This document shows positions 16,616 through 27,480 of a stretch of DNA of 64,000 bases, in pieces (within the stretch, counting starts at the first letter, position 1; every line of letters begins with the position of its first letter). Origin of the DNA: Patescibacteria group bacterium. GTDB lineage: Bacteria; Patescibacteriota; Patescibacteriia; Patescibacteriales; UBA12465. The stretch lies in the NCBI GenBank assembly GCA_034002925.1, contig JAVEZP010000001.1, positions 66,523-130,522 on the forward strand. Direction: 5' to 3'. The position numbers and the translations under genes were made by a program. The notes beneath the pieces are model-generated. The model searched no databases. It saw only the letters and a program-made list of their open reading frames with translations, and was not told the origin of the DNA.

Positions 16616-17203
16616 TTATTTACTTTCATTAGTAGAAAAATTATATTCTACTTGTTCATTAAAAATTTTTGCTCGATCAAAAGGCCATCCTCTCAACATT
16701 ACTCTACCGGTAATAAAACTTTTATTAACTGGACCAAAAACTCTTGAATCTTTAGAAGCAACCCGATTATCGCCCATCATAAAATATTCATTAGGGCCTA
16801 AATCTATTCTATCATCACTATTAGAATAAGTGGGCATATTAGCATCCAAATAATCTTCTTGTAAAATCTTTCCACCTGGATATTCTTGATTATAAATAAT
16901 TACCTTAGAATCTTTTACCTGCACACCCTCTCCTGGTAAAGCAATAATTCTTTTAATATAATATTCTTGCGGATTAAGAGGATAACGAAACACCACTACT
17001 TCTCCTCTTTCAATAGGACGAAAACGATAGCTAATTTCATCAATAATTAAATATTCATGGTCTTGAAAATTAGATTCCATGGACATCCCCTTTACATAGA
17101 AAGGCTGAATCAAAAAATAGCGCACCGGAATAATAATCGCAAAAGAAATCGCTAACACTTTAATGCCCTCCCAAGCTAAAATGAGAAATTTTTTAAATTG
17201 CAT
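16616..17203 (-). CDS. lepB: Signal peptidase I
   Basis: GMSME (Ser), YIKRIIALPGE (Lys), GDNRVASKDSR. Confidence 0.95.
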   Translation of the reverse strand: MQFKKFLILAWEGIKVLAISFAIIIPVRYFLIQPFYVKGMSMESNFQDHEYLIIDEISYRFRPIERGEVVVFRYPLNPQEYYIKRIIALPGEGVQVKDSKVIIYNQEYPGGKILQEDYLDANMPTYSNSDDRIDLGPNEYFMMGDNRVASKDSRVFGPVNKSFITGRVMLRGWPFDRAKIFNEQVEYNFSTNESK

Positions 17204-17322
17204 ATTAAAAAATCGCTAAAATAAACAAGCAATAGCTAAAAATGCTATTTCCTCCGCTTGCCTATCAGCAAGTCTTAGTGAGTATATCATAAAACATCTT
17301 AAAAAGCAACTCTAAGTGTTAA

Positions 17323-18366
17323 TTAAAGAATTAACATAGCATCGCCATAACTATAGAAGCGATAGGCTTCTTTAATGGCTTCTTGATAAGCTTTTTTAAT
17401 TAACTCCGTACCCGCAAAAGCTGATACCAACATTAATAAGGTTGATTTAGGTAGGTGAAAGTTGGTAATTAAAGCATCAACCATTAAAAATTTTTTACCA
17501 GGATAAAGAAAAATTTTCGTGCTACCAAAATAAGGTCCAATTCCATTAAATTTTAAAGTTGCTAAATCTTGGCCTAAACTTTCTAACACTCGACAACTAG
17601 TTGTGCCCACTGCTATCACTCGATTGCCTAATTTTTTTGCTTTAAGAATTGTTTCCAACGAAGAAAGACTTAAAAAGAATGATTCTTCATGCATTTGATG
17701 CTTTCTGATATCTTGAGTCTTCACTGACGCAAAAGTACCCAAGCCAACGTGTAGCGTTAAAGGCACAATCTTAACACCTTGACGACTTAATTTTTGTAAT
17801 AAGCGTTCAGTGAAATGCAAACCAGCAGTTGGAGCCGCCACTGAACCGCGCTGCTTACTATCCGCATAAACCGTTTGATAGCGGCGACGATTCTTGCTTT
17901 TAATATCTGGCTGAATATAGGGCGGCAAAGGTATTTGACCAATTTTTTCTAATTGGTGCCAAAACTCTTTAGCTTTTAAATTAAAGGACACTAGCCAGGT
18001 GCCATCGCCTTGATCAGACAATAATTCTGCTGTCAATTTGTTATTAAAACTAATTTTTAATCCTGTCTTAACTTTGCCCCGCACTAAACATTCCCAAATA
18101 TTATCTTCTTTAACTTGATGCAGAAAAACCTCTATCTTTCCTCCACTAGTTTTATGACCTATAAGTCTAGCTGGAAACACCTGAGAGTTATTAATTACTA
18201 ACACATCTCCCTTTTTTAAAAATTTATCCAGTTGATAAAAATTTTTATGCTGAAATTTTTTTGTTTTTCTGTTAATTACAAATAAACGAGAGTGATCACG
18301 AGGGCTACAAGGCTTTTGCGCAATCAATTCTGATGGCAAGTTATAATCAAAATCCGTTAACAACAT
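17323..18366 (-). CDS. queA: S-adenosylmethionine:tRNA ribosyltransferase-isomerase
   Basis: FDYNLPSELIAQ, PLPPYI, GSVAAPTAGLHF, TNFHLPKSTL, YRFYSYGDAM. Confidence 0.97.
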   Translation of the reverse strand: MLLTDFDYNLPSELIAQKPCSPRDHSRLFVINRKTKKFQHKNFYQLDKFLKKGDVLVINNSQVFPARLIGHKTSGGKIEVFLHQVKEDNIWECLVRGKVKTGLKISFNNKLTAELLSDQGDGTWLVSFNLKAKEFWHQLEKIGQIPLPPYIQPDIKSKNRRRYQTVYADSKQRGSVAAPTAGLHFTERLLQKLSRQGVKIVPLTLHVGLGTFASVKTQDIRKHQMHEESFFLSLSSLETILKAKKLGNRVIAVGTTSCRVLESLGQDLATLKFNGIGPYFGSTKIFLYPGKKFLMVDALITNFHLPKSTLLMLVSAFAGTELIKKAYQEAIKEAYRFYSYGDAMLIL

Positions 18367-18367
18367 A

Positions 18368-19369
18368 TTACTTATAAGAACGACCTAAATGATTATAAGC
18401 AGCTACTGTAGCAATGCGTCCGCGTGGAGAGCGATCTAAAAATCCTAATTGTAATAAATAAGGCTCATAGACATTAGCTAAAGTGTCAATTTCTTCGCCG
18501 CTAGCCGCTGCTAAAGTGTTTAAACCTACCGGCCCTCCTTGAAATTTATCAATAATTACTTCCAATATTTTACGATCAATGGTATCTAAACCAAGATGAT
18601 CAATGCCTAATAAAGAAAAAGCTTCTTTGAGTGCCCCTGTGTCCATGTTGTCATTATTTTTCACCTGACAGTAGTCTCTCACTCTTTTTAATAACCTATT
18701 GGCAATTCTAGGCGTGCGACGAGAACGACTAGCAATCTCTACCGCTGATTCTACAGGTAAAGTAATCTTTAAAATATTAGCACTACGGGTAATAATTTTT
18801 TCAATTTCTGTATTTTGATAAAATTCTAAATGATAAGATAAGCCAAAACGATCACGCAGAGGAGAAGATAACAAACTAGCTAAAGTAGTGGCGCCAATAA
18901 TGGTAAAATGAGGCAAATCAATGCGAATAGTTCGAGCACTTGGCCCTTTACCCATCACAATATCTAAGGCATGATCTTCCATGGCTGGATATAAAATCTC
19001 TTCTACCGCTTTCGGTAAACGATGAATTTCATCAATAAAAAGAATATCACCATCTTCCAGATTGCTCAAAATAGCAGCTAAGTCTCCACTTTTTTCAATT
19101 GCTGGACCAGAAGTAACACGAATATTAGCTTGCAGTTCATGAGCAATAACATGAGCTAAGGTAGTTTTACCAAGACCAGGCGCACCATAAAGCAAAACAT
19201 GTTCTAGTGGTTCACTTCTCTGACGAGCAGCCAAGATAGCAATTTCTAAATTTGCCTTTATTCTTTCTTGTCCAACATACTCAAGCAAAGACTTGGGTCG
19301 TAAAGACAAATCTAAATCTTTTTCTTCAATTGTTTCTTGCGGATCAAGCAAGTCAAAATTATCTTCCAT
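18368..19369 (-). CDS. ruvB: Holliday junction branch migration helicase RuvB
   Basis: [35 protein letters not shown]; start placed at MEDN (19369) to avoid overlap. Confidence 0.97.
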   Translation of the reverse strand: MEDNFDLLDPQETIEEKDLDLSLRPKSLLEYVGQERIKANLEIAILAARQRSEPLEHVLLYGAPGLGKTTLAHVIAHELQANIRVTSGPAIEKSGDLAAILSNLEDGDILFIDEIHRLPKAVEEILYPAMEDHALDIVMGKGPSARTIRIDLPHFTIIGATTLASLLSSPLRDRFGLSYHLEFYQNTEIEKIITRSANILKITLPVESAVEIASRSRRTPRIANRLLKRVRDYCQVKNNDNMDTGALKEAFSLLGIDHLGLDTIDRKILEVIIDKFQGGPVGLNTLAAASGEEIDTLANVYEPYLLQLGFLDRSPRGRIATVAAYNHLGRSYK

Positions 19370-19373
19370 AAAA

Positions 19374-20048
19374 CTAATTATTATGTATCCAAGTTTGACG
19401 ACCATCTTCTTCAATATTAATCATTGGCCCACTGATAGTTAATTGTAAACCTAATTTTAAATCTAACCAAGCTTTAATTTGTGCTAACCTTTCTCTTCTA
19501 ACCAAGCTTCTATCAATTTTAGTCAAACCGTCATCAGCCCGACAACCCCAAGCATCTAATTCTAATTTCTGAGCGATATATAGCGATCTAGATAAATGAA
19601 AATCTTGACTAGAAATCAAAAAAGAATCTAAAGCAAACATTTTTTTAGCCCTGAAGATGCTAGCATAAGTATTCTTAGCAAAATTATCTACAAAAATATC
19701 TTGAGGGGCTACTCCTAAATCTAATAAATAATCTTTGCCAATTTGAGCTTCATCCTGACCTAATTTGTTAATAGTTCCGCTCACTAAAATTTTACGCACC
19801 AAGCCTGCTTGATAAAGCTTAGCGCCATTTTCTAAACGCTGAGCAAATAAAGGGCTAGGGCTAGAGTCTGTTTGCAAAGAGGCTCCCAAAACTAATACCG
19901 CTGGTCTTTGTGAACTAATATCCCTAAAACAATCACCTACAATATAACGATCATAATCGGCTACTTTTTGTTGCACTAACCATAATGACCAAATACCAAA
20001 CACTAAAAAATATAGAAACCAGCGTAAAAATGAATATTTTTTAAACAT
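19374..20048 (-). CDS. SanA/YdcF/ElyC (DUF218) family protein
   Basis: N-terminal TM, VLVLGA...RLENGAKLY...[19 protein letters not shown]. Confidence 0.8.
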   Translation of the reverse strand: MFKKYSFLRWFLYFLVFGIWSLWLVQQKVADYDRYIVGDCFRDISSQRPAVLVLGASLQTDSSPSPLFAQRLENGAKLYQAGLVRKILVSGTINKLGQDEAQIGKDYLLDLGVAPQDIFVDNFAKNTYASIFRAKKMFALDSFLISSQDFHLSRSLYIAQKLELDAWGCRADDGLTKIDRSLVRRERLAQIKAWLDLKLGLQLTISGPMINIEEDGRQTWIHNN

Positions 20049-20059
20049 AAAACTGATAC

Positions 20060-22993
20060 TTAATTTTGTCTAAATTCACAAATTTTATTAAAATCACAAA
20101 ATTGACACATCATTGAAGGTTTAGGACTAAAATTTCTTGATTTAATAGCTGTAATTTGTTTTATCACCTCCGCTTTTAATTTATCTTTTTCTTTTTCAGT
20201 GGGTAAAAATTCTAAGATGGAAGCATTCTCAACATAATAATATTTTAAAGACAAAACCTTCATTTGTAAAACTTCTTCTAAAAATAATTGATATAAGATT
20301 AATTGGCGCTTATCTTGCCAATCTAATTTTTCTTTAGGTGTGCCTGTTTTATAATCAATTACTTCAAAACCACCTTCAACTCGATCTACTCTATCAATTG
20401 CTCCTTTTAACGTTTCTCCACCTATTTTAAAAGAAAAATTCTTTTCTAAAAAAACTGGCTCTGGCAAATTATTATTAACACAAAAAGCTTCATAAAAATA
20501 CTGCAAAGATTGCTCTGCTTTACGTTTATATTCTAAAGCCTGTTTAGCGTTTTGATAGCCTTCATCTTGCCACCTAACTGCTAAAATATTTTTTAATTGC
20601 TCTAGACTGAACTGTGTTTCATTATTTTTTTGATCAACAAATAAACTAGCTTGCGGACCACTAATAAGTGGTTTTAAAAAATCACAAAAAACATTATGCA
20701 TCACACGACCAAAGGTAAGACTAGGCTTATCATCTGGGGCGGGTATTTTTAAAACAAAAGCATATTTATATTGCAAAGGGCAGGTTTCATAAGCTGCTAA
20801 TTGAGAAAAAGAAAACTTATCTGGTAATTTATCGGCCGCGATAGCACTCTCCAGAAAAGCCTCACCTTCTGCTTGTAAATCACGGACTAATTCATTAGCC
20901 AATTGACTTGAAGATGAAGCCTCTATTTTAAAACCAGCCTCTTCAATAAAACGCGAAACTTTTTTTTCTTTGACACCACCATAATCCTTAGCGCTAGTTA
21001 AATGTAATTCTTTTTTAGCACGTGTAAGAGCTACGTAAAATAAACGTCTCTCTTCTTCTAAGTGATCGTCTTTGGAATCTGACAATTCTTCTTTAATTAA
21101 TTCTCTGGACAGCGCAATCTTATCGCTACGATTAATGGTGGGGAATTTTTTGTCAGCTAAATTAACTAAAAACACATAAGGAAATTCTAAACCTTTAGCC
21201 GCATGAATAGTCATTATTTTTACCGTATCAGCATCATTATAGTCTAAACGCAAAGAGCCAGTATCGCCAGCCTCTAACTCTAAATCGATCGCGGCCATAA
21301 AATCCGGCAGACGAATATCTGGAGCTTGATCTTCAAAGCTTTTCATTTTTTGATAAAATTGATTTAAATGAGAAAAAAGCTCTTGATCGCGATTAATATC
21401 TAATTCTTTAATTAAGCCAGACTCTTCAACAAATTTAAAAAATATTTTACTAGGCAAATGAGTAGCCACTAGAGCCGAATGCCCATCTACTAATGTTATT
21501 AATCTTTTAATTGGTTCAACTGCTTCAGGACTTAAATCAGGTACTTGTTCAACTTTTTTCAATGTTTCAAATAAAGACCAATTTTTACGTCTAGCAAAAC
21601 GATTTAAAGCAATAATATCTGCATGCGAAATACGAAAAGGTTTAATATTTAAAACCCGAAACAAAGCTGAAGATTCGTGATAATTATCCAATAAACGCAG
21701 ATAAGCTAAAGAATCTAAAATAATAGACTTATAATATAAACCCCTCAAAGATACGAATTGATTTGGTATTCCTCTTCTAGTTAATTCTTTGACAAAATTT
21801 TCAGCTGTATCATTGGAACGAGCTAAAATTGCAAAGTCAGACCAAGCCACTCCATCTTCAGCTGTTTGCTCACGTTGATATATCTGTAAAATATTTTCCG
21901 CAACATAGCTTAACTCCTCTTCTTGATTATTAAGTAAGATAAATTGAGGCGCTTGACCTAAGGCAGCTGCTTTACCCTTAGCTTTCAACTGTTTATCAAT
22001 CCCCAATTTTTCTTCCAAACGATTCGGATTATTATGTTTTATGAAATTATGAGCAATATCTAAAATATCTTGGCGAGAACGATAATTGTCGGTTAATATC
22101 ACCTCTTCAGCAGTCGGAAAATCTTCTTTAAACTGCATGATATTTGCCAAAGAAGCGCCCCTAAAACGATAGATAGCTTGATCATCATCGCCTACAACCA
22201 TTAAATTATTATTTGGTGCAGCCAATAACTTAACCAACTCATATTGTGCCCAATTAGTGTCCTGAAATTCATCAACCATAATATAAGCAAATTGCTCACG
22301 ATATTGAGCGAGAATTTGTGGTCGGCGCTGGAATAGCTGTAAAGTATAAGTAATTAAATCTCCAAAATCCAATAAACTGGAGTCTAATAATAATTGATTA
22401 TAACGAGCATAAGCTCCAGCTAACTCTTGAATACGCAAGACTTCATCTTCATTTATGTCTTCATTATTTTTACTATCTTGAGTATGTTTTTGAGCATAAT
22501 CAAGATATTCCTGAGAACTGATATTCTCATCTTTTAATTTAGAAAAATGCTTTAGCATTTCTCCAATAAACTTATTAGGATTGCCCAAAGGTCGATAATA
22601 ATGTAAATCAAATTCTTCAAGGTTCTTTTTCATCAAAATCCATTGTTCAGTACTACTTAATAACTTAAAATCAGCTGGTAGACCAATATCTAAGGCATGC
22701 TCTCTTAAAACTCTCTCACAAAAAGAATGAAAAGTACTAATCCAAAGATCTAAATAGCCATAGGGCAAAAGCATGTCTGCTCTTTCTTCCATTTCTGCTG
22801 CTGCCTTTTCGGTAAAAGTGAGCAATAAAACACGATCGCTATTTAATTTTTCTGTCGCTAAAATATCAGCTAAACGTCTTACCAGTACTGTAGTTTTACC
22901 TGTCCCCGCTCCAGCCACTACTAACAGCGGCCCTTGGCGATGAGACACGGCTGCTTGTTGAGCTTTATTTAATGGCGCTAACGAGTTGTTCAT
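20060..22993 (-). CDS. UvrD/PcrA-family SF1A helicase fused to a C-terminal PD-(D/E)XK nuclease with 4-Cys motif (AddA/AdnAB-like)
   Basis: AGAGTGKT, VDEFQDTN, VGDDDQAIYRFRGA, MTIHAAKGLEF, EERRLFYVALTRA; GAIDRVD...IDYKTG...QLILY; CPLQY and CQFCDFNKIC. Confidence 0.9.
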   Translation of the reverse strand: MNNSLAPLNKAQQAAVSHRQGPLLVVAGAGTGKTTVLVRRLADILATEKLNSDRVLLLTFTEKAAAEMEERADMLLPYGYLDLWISTFHSFCERVLREHALDIGLPADFKLLSSTEQWILMKKNLEEFDLHYYRPLGNPNKFIGEMLKHFSKLKDENISSQEYLDYAQKHTQDSKNNEDINEDEVLRIQELAGAYARYNQLLLDSSLLDFGDLITYTLQLFQRRPQILAQYREQFAYIMVDEFQDTNWAQYELVKLLAAPNNNLMVVGDDDQAIYRFRGASLANIMQFKEDFPTAEEVILTDNYRSRQDILDIAHNFIKHNNPNRLEEKLGIDKQLKAKGKAAALGQAPQFILLNNQEEELSYVAENILQIYQREQTAEDGVAWSDFAILARSNDTAENFVKELTRRGIPNQFVSLRGLYYKSIILDSLAYLRLLDNYHESSALFRVLNIKPFRISHADIIALNRFARRKNWSLFETLKKVEQVPDLSPEAVEPIKRLITLVDGHSALVATHLPSKIFFKFVEESGLIKELDINRDQELFSHLNQFYQKMKSFEDQAPDIRLPDFMAAIDLELEAGDTGSLRLDYNDADTVKIMTIHAAKGLEFPYVFLVNLADKKFPTINRSDKIALSRELIKEELSDSKDDHLEEERRLFYVALTRAKKELHLTSAKDYGGVKEKKVSRFIEEAGFKIEASSSSQLANELVRDLQAEGEAFLESAIAADKLPDKFSFSQLAAYETCPLQYKYAFVLKIPAPDDKPSLTFGRVMHNVFCDFLKPLISGPQASLFVDQKNNETQFSLEQLKNILAVRWQDEGYQNAKQALEYKRKAEQSLQYFYEAFCVNNNLPEPVFLEKNFSFKIGGETLKGAIDRVDRVEGGFEVIDYKTGTPKEKLDWQDKRQLILYQLFLEEVLQMKVLSLKYYYVENASILEFLPTEKEKDKLKAEVIKQITAIKSRNFSPKPSMMCQFCDFNKICEFRQN

Positions 22994-22995
22994 AA

Positions 22996-24270
22996 TTAAA
23001 ATTTAAGCATTTTTAGCAAACTATTTTGTTGCTGACTAGCCACGGGACCAATAACAGCTAAATTTAAATTTTGAGTTTTCACTACCATTTGCGCTACTTT
23101 TAAAATATCTGTCACTGTCACTTGTCTGATTTTATTTTCTAACTCTTGAGGATTAAAATATTTTTTTCTTAACACCGCTTGACGACCGTACCAACTAGCA
23201 ACCTCGTCACTAGCTTCAAGTTGCATTAATAATCTTCCTGCCAACAAATCTTGAGCACGTTTTAGTTCTGATAGTTCTACTTTTTCCGAAGCAATTCTTT
23301 TATATTCTGAAATAATAATCTTAATAGCTGCTTTTAGCTTATCTTTAGGTACACCCGCTTGAGTACTTAAATAGCCTGAATCAGAATAAGCTTCAACTCC
23401 AGTTTTAACATAATAAGCCAAGCCCGATCTTTCTCGTAAAGAAATAAAAAGTCGAGAACTCATCGAGCCTCCCAGAATAATAGCTAACAATTTTAAAGCC
23501 ATTTCTTGAGAATGAGCAACAGGTAATGCTCTTAAAGCTAAAGCTAAATTAATTTGATCAGTTTTTTTATAAGCAATTTTAACAGCTGGTTTTAATTGTT
23601 TTTCTTTCACCTCTATTTTATCCTTCCAATTATTTTGAGAAAAAATTCCAAAGAATTTAGCCGCTGCTTTTTTATCTACAGCACTAATAGCACCACTGAG
23701 AATGAGGGTCATGCTCTTAGCGCCATATTGACGCTGATAATAACGCAGAAAATCCTGACGTTTAAAAGAGTTAATATTTTGTTTAGTGCCAATAGTGTCC
23801 CAGCCAGCAGGTGTATCGCCATAAAGACAGGACTCTAGCACATCTTCAATGTGCATTAAGGGATTGTCTTCATACATATTTAATTCTTCAATAATCACTC
23901 CTTTTTCTCGCTCTATTTCTTCAGGATCAAATTTTGAATTAGCGATCATATCGCTTAAAATCTCTAAAGCTGCTACCAGTTTTCCAGCTGCCACTTTCAC
24001 ATAATAACCGGTGTATTCCTTTGAGGTAAAAGCATTAAATTCCCCTCCTAAATCATCAAGGGCAGAGGACAAAGCAAAGGTGTTAGGTCTTTTCTCTGTG
24101 CCTTTAAAAAACATGTGCTCCAAAAAATGAGATAAGCCATTTTCTTGGCGAGTTTCATATTTGGAACCAGTTTTAACCATTAATAAAGCCGTGGCTGTTT
24201 GCGCCTCTTTCATTGGCACTGTTATCAGTGGCATCTTATTAGACAAAAATTCTTTTTTATGTTTAATCAT
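22996..24270 (-). CDS. M16 (pitrilysin) family Zn peptidase
   Basis: HFLEH inverted zinc motif, NAFTSKEYT, SSRLFISLRERSGLAY. Confidence 0.92.
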   Translation of the reverse strand: MIKHKKEFLSNKMPLITVPMKEAQTATALLMVKTGSKYETRQENGLSHFLEHMFFKGTEKRPNTFALSSALDDLGGEFNAFTSKEYTGYYVKVAAGKLVAALEILSDMIANSKFDPEEIEREKGVIIEELNMYEDNPLMHIEDVLESCLYGDTPAGWDTIGTKQNINSFKRQDFLRYYQRQYGAKSMTLILSGAISAVDKKAAAKFFGIFSQNNWKDKIEVKEKQLKPAVKIAYKKTDQINLALALRALPVAHSQEMALKLLAIILGGSMSSRLFISLRERSGLAYYVKTGVEAYSDSGYLSTQAGVPKDKLKAAIKIIISEYKRIASEKVELSELKRAQDLLAGRLLMQLEASDEVASWYGRQAVLRKKYFNPQELENKIRQVTVTDILKVAQMVVKTQNLNLAVIGPVASQQQNSLLKMLKF

Positions 24271-24355
24271 AAGGATAAATATTATATTTTAAATTTAACA
24301 CATCTCTGTTATAATTAAAAGCGAACAGAAATCCCTTCAAAATTAAATTAAATCT

Positions 24356-25072
24356 ATGCCTTATCTTATTAAAAAATCTGAACAATTACTACAACATGGC
24401 CGCGCCTATCGCATTAAAAAAGTACGAGAAATGGCTGAAGGAGATAGACCACGGGAAAAGATGTTAAGTCAAGGAGTAGGAGCTTTAAGTTTAGCTGAAC
24501 TCTTAGCTATTGTTTTAGGTGTAGGCACGAAAAAAGAAGAAGTCTTTTCTATGGCCTCTCGTCTCTTACGTGAATATGGTGAAAAAGCTATTGCTACTCA
24601 AAAAGATCCAAAGCTGATAGTTAAAGACTTGAATTTACCAGAAACGAAAGCTTGTCAGATTGTCGCGTGTTTTGAGCTGGGGCGACGCTTGTTTCAAAAA
24701 AAACCTGGAGGCCTAATCACTATCCGTAATGCTAATCAAGCTTTTTCATATCTTAAAGATATGGGCAGTCTGAAAAAAGAGCAATTTCGAGGCTTATATC
24801 TCAATAGCCACTATCAATTAGTCCACGATGAAGTGATATCTATTGGCACGATTGACGCTTCTTTGGTACATGCTCGTGAAGTATTTCGCCCTGCTCTGGA
24901 ATATGGCGCCAGTGCTGTCATCCTCGCTCACAATCACCCATCAGGTGTATTAAAAGCGAGTCGAGAAGATGTAGAAATAACTGATCAACTAATTTCAGCT
25001 GGTAAAATTTTAGATATTGAAATATTAGATCATTTAATTATTGGACCAAAAAAATATTTGAGTATTATTTAA
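24356..25072 (+). CDS. radC: RadC-family JAB/MPN domain protein
   Basis: RPREKM, ELLAIVLGVG, HAREVF, HNHPSG...SREDVEIT, ILDHLIIG. Confidence 0.92.
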   Translation: MPYLIKKSEQLLQHGRAYRIKKVREMAEGDRPREKMLSQGVGALSLAELLAIVLGVGTKKEEVFSMASRLLREYGEKAIATQKDPKLIVKDLNLPETKACQIVACFELGRRLFQKKPGGLITIRNANQAFSYLKDMGSLKKEQFRGLYLNSHYQLVHDEVISIGTIDASLVHAREVFRPALEYGASAVILAHNHPSGVLKASREDVEITDQLISAGKILDIEILDHLIIGPKKYLSII

Positions 25073-25372
25073 ATGACCGCTATTAAAGAATACAAAATCA
25101 ATAAAGTAGCAAGACAGATTAAAGACGCCCAAAGTGTTCGCTTTCATGTTGAAAGCGATGATTATTTTGGCACCACCGCTACCTTAATTAAACTGTTACA
25201 ACAATATCTTAAAGACTCTATCAACAAAGCTCCCGCTGAAGAACGAGAGCTTATTGAAAAAACTTTTAAAAATATTGAAGCTGATCTGCTATTATTACAA
25301 AATAATTATCAGATCAAAGCTAAGAAAAGCCAAGGTAAAGCTGAGCTTAAAGGCAGACTAAATAACCAATGA
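25073..25372 (+). CDS. Hypothetical protein
   Basis: ATG immediately after the radC stop, 99 aa. Confidence 0.6.
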   Translation: MTAIKEYKINKVARQIKDAQSVRFHVESDDYFGTTATLIKLLQQYLKDSINKAPAEERELIEKTFKNIEADLLLLQNNYQIKAKKSQGKAELKGRLNNQ

Positions 25373-26541
25373 TCAAATAAACTTAAAACAAATAAAGCAA
25401 CGAATAAACCGATAATTTTTTCTTGTCGGCTTTTTTTGTAAAAATAGGACCAAGCAAATAAAATAGGAATCAAGAACAAAATGCCACCTTCACTTAAAAC
25501 TAATAACCAGTAATTATGAGCTGGTTGATATTGCCAAGCAGCTAATATTAAGGAATTAGCTTTATCCTCCTCTGCTAACAACAAAGTGGAATTAGATAAG
25601 CCAACGCCAAGATAGGGATGTTTTTTCCATAATTCCCAAGCAGATTGATTATAATACTGTCTTTCTACATTAGAAATTTGTTCTAAACGAGCTTCTCCTT
25701 GTATACGTGTCAATATTAAAGACTGATATTGCCAAGCAAAAATAGCAGAAATAAAAACCGTTAACAGCAAAAAAGCCAAAAGTTTTTTTAGAGAATGCCA
25801 ATGTTCTAACAATATAAATACTGGAGCAACAATTAAGGCCAGTAGTGCTGCTCGTGAAAAAGAAGTCAAAGCTGCCCATAAAAAAATTGGATAAAAAATC
25901 AATGATAAAAGATGAATGTTTTGTTGTTCATTTTTCAAAAATAAATATAAAGACATTAAAGCAGCTAATGCCATTATTCCGCCAAAAACATTAGGATGGT
26001 CCTGTGGTCCGTAGGCGCGTAACCAACGACCAGTATCAGTTTCCACCACTGCTGTTCCCGCATAAGCTGCTTCGTGCTGAGACATGCCTAATAGAGTGCT
26101 AGGAAAACTCGTCTGCGTGCTAAATTGCCCAATACCAATCAATGCTTGTATAAATAAAGAAGCTAAGAAAATTAATAAAAGATAAAAACGAAGCTTTGGA
26201 AATAAATATTTCAAATTAAAAATAGCGACTATGAAAACAAGAAAAACAAGATAACGATATAAAGCCAACAGCGGATCAACCGCCCAAAAAGCATTTAAAA
26301 AACCCAAAACTGTCATCAAAACCACTATGATGCCTAAAGTTAAAGGGGTAATGTTGCGATAGTTTTTTCTTTTAAAAGATAATAAAAATGCCAATAATAA
26401 AATTGGCATCACTGCAAAAATAGAAATCTCCCAATAATTACTAGCTGCTTCTTGCAAAATCAATTTAGTTTGCCAAGGCAACAAAAAAGCAGCTAAGGCA
26501 TAAAGAATAAAGCTTGTTTTAGAAGATAAATTATGAAGCAT
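25309..26541 (-). CDS. O-antigen ligase (Wzy_C) family membrane protein
   Basis: Many TM helices; RAYGPQDHPN, TSFSR, PYLGVG, PAHNYWL; start placed at MLHN (26541). Confidence 0.85.
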   Translation of the reverse strand: MLHNLSSKTSFILYALAAFLLPWQTKLILQEAASNYWEISIFAVMPILLLAFLLSFKRKNYRNITPLTLGIIVVLMTVLGFLNAFWAVDPLLALYRYLVFLVFIVAIFNLKYLFPKLRFYLLLIFLASLFIQALIGIGQFSTQTSFPSTLLGMSQHEAAYAGTAVVETDTGRWLRAYGPQDHPNVFGGIMALAALMSLYLFLKNEQQNIHLLSLIFYPIFLWAALTSFSRAALLALIVAPVFILLEHWHSLKKLLAFLLLTVFISAIFAWQYQSLILTRIQGEARLEQISNVERQYYNQSAWELWKKHPYLGVGLSNSTLLLAEEDKANSLILAAWQYQPAHNYWLLVLSEGGILFLIPILFAWSYFYKKSRQEKIIGLFVALFVLSLFDHWLFSLPLSSALPWLFLALI

Positions 26542-27478
26542 TAAAATATTTATTAACTTGTTCAGTGTAGCGATCACTAAATTCTTGTCGCCTATCAACT
26601 AAATATAATTTTAACACACCAGCACGAATAATCACACGAGAATCTAAATTAATTTTTTCTTTTAAGGCTTGGGGCATTATTTTTAATTGCCAAGCTTCTG
26701 CCCAATATTCAAATAAATCTACTAATCTACGTATAATAGACAAAGAATAAACTTTTGCCCGCCAAGAACGAGGAGATTCACGATAGCTTTGATTATTTAA
26801 TAAAAAATCACCATTCGGTAAATACTTTTTTAACCAAGCATTCGCTTGCATTAATTGGTGATGATATATACCAGCGTCATATAAAGGATGTAAACCTGCT
26901 AACCAAAAGTTAAAATAATAATCTCTGTCACCATTGGTAAGGGAGCTTAAATCTAGATGATTCTCATCTACATAAAAACTAAGACAAATCTTATCTTTCT
27001 TATTACCTGGCTTTGGTCTTTGACCTAATATTTTCATAAAACCCGCACAAAATAAGCGAGTTAACCAAATTCTATTCTTTTTAGTAACAATAAATAGATC
27101 AATATCACTGCCATCTCTTAAATTATGACGACCAATTAAATTACTTAAAGCCACAAATTTTACACTAGGCAAAAGACGAAAAAGACGAGTTACTCTTTTA
27201 GCAATTTTCAATTTACGATTAGCAAAATGATAGCGCTGTTGTCTAATACTTAACAATTTTTCTTGACCTGGTAAAAAATAAAAACCTTGCTTTTCTACAA
27301 TCTTGCCAGTCGAGAGCAAATTCAAAAGCACTGGTTTCAATTCTACAAAATCAATAGCAACATCCAAATAGCGCCATAATTCATAGCTTGTTAAGGGATA
27401 AGAAAATAAATTAAAGAAAATTAGAGTTTTTAAAACTGCTAACTCTAGTTCCGATAATTGCTCAGCATTACTTAACAT
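26531..27478 (-). CDS. Putative nucleotidyltransferase-fold protein with N-terminal wHTH-like region
   Basis: SDIDLFIV motif, RIWLTR, KICLSFY. Confidence 0.6.
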   Translation of the reverse strand: MLSNAEQLSELELAVLKTLIFFNLFSYPLTSYELWRYLDVAIDFVELKPVLLNLLSTGKIVEKQGFYFLPGQEKLLSIRQQRYHFANRKLKIAKRVTRLFRLLPSVKFVALSNLIGRHNLRDGSDIDLFIVTKKNRIWLTRLFCAGFMKILGQRPKPGNKKDKICLSFYVDENHLDLSSLTNGDRDYYFNFWLAGLHPLYDAGIYHHQLMQANAWLKKYLPNGDFLLNNQSYRESPRSWRAKVYSLSIIRRLVDLFEYWAEAWQLKIMPQALKEKINLDSRVIIRAGVLKLYLVDRRQEFSDRYTEQVNKYFNAS

Positions 27479-27480
27479 AA

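Noticed and set aside
24356-25372. radC as a marker of a mobile element
   Set aside because: Full-length chromosomal type with N-terminal RPREK/HhH region; no integrase, transposase or att repeats nearby
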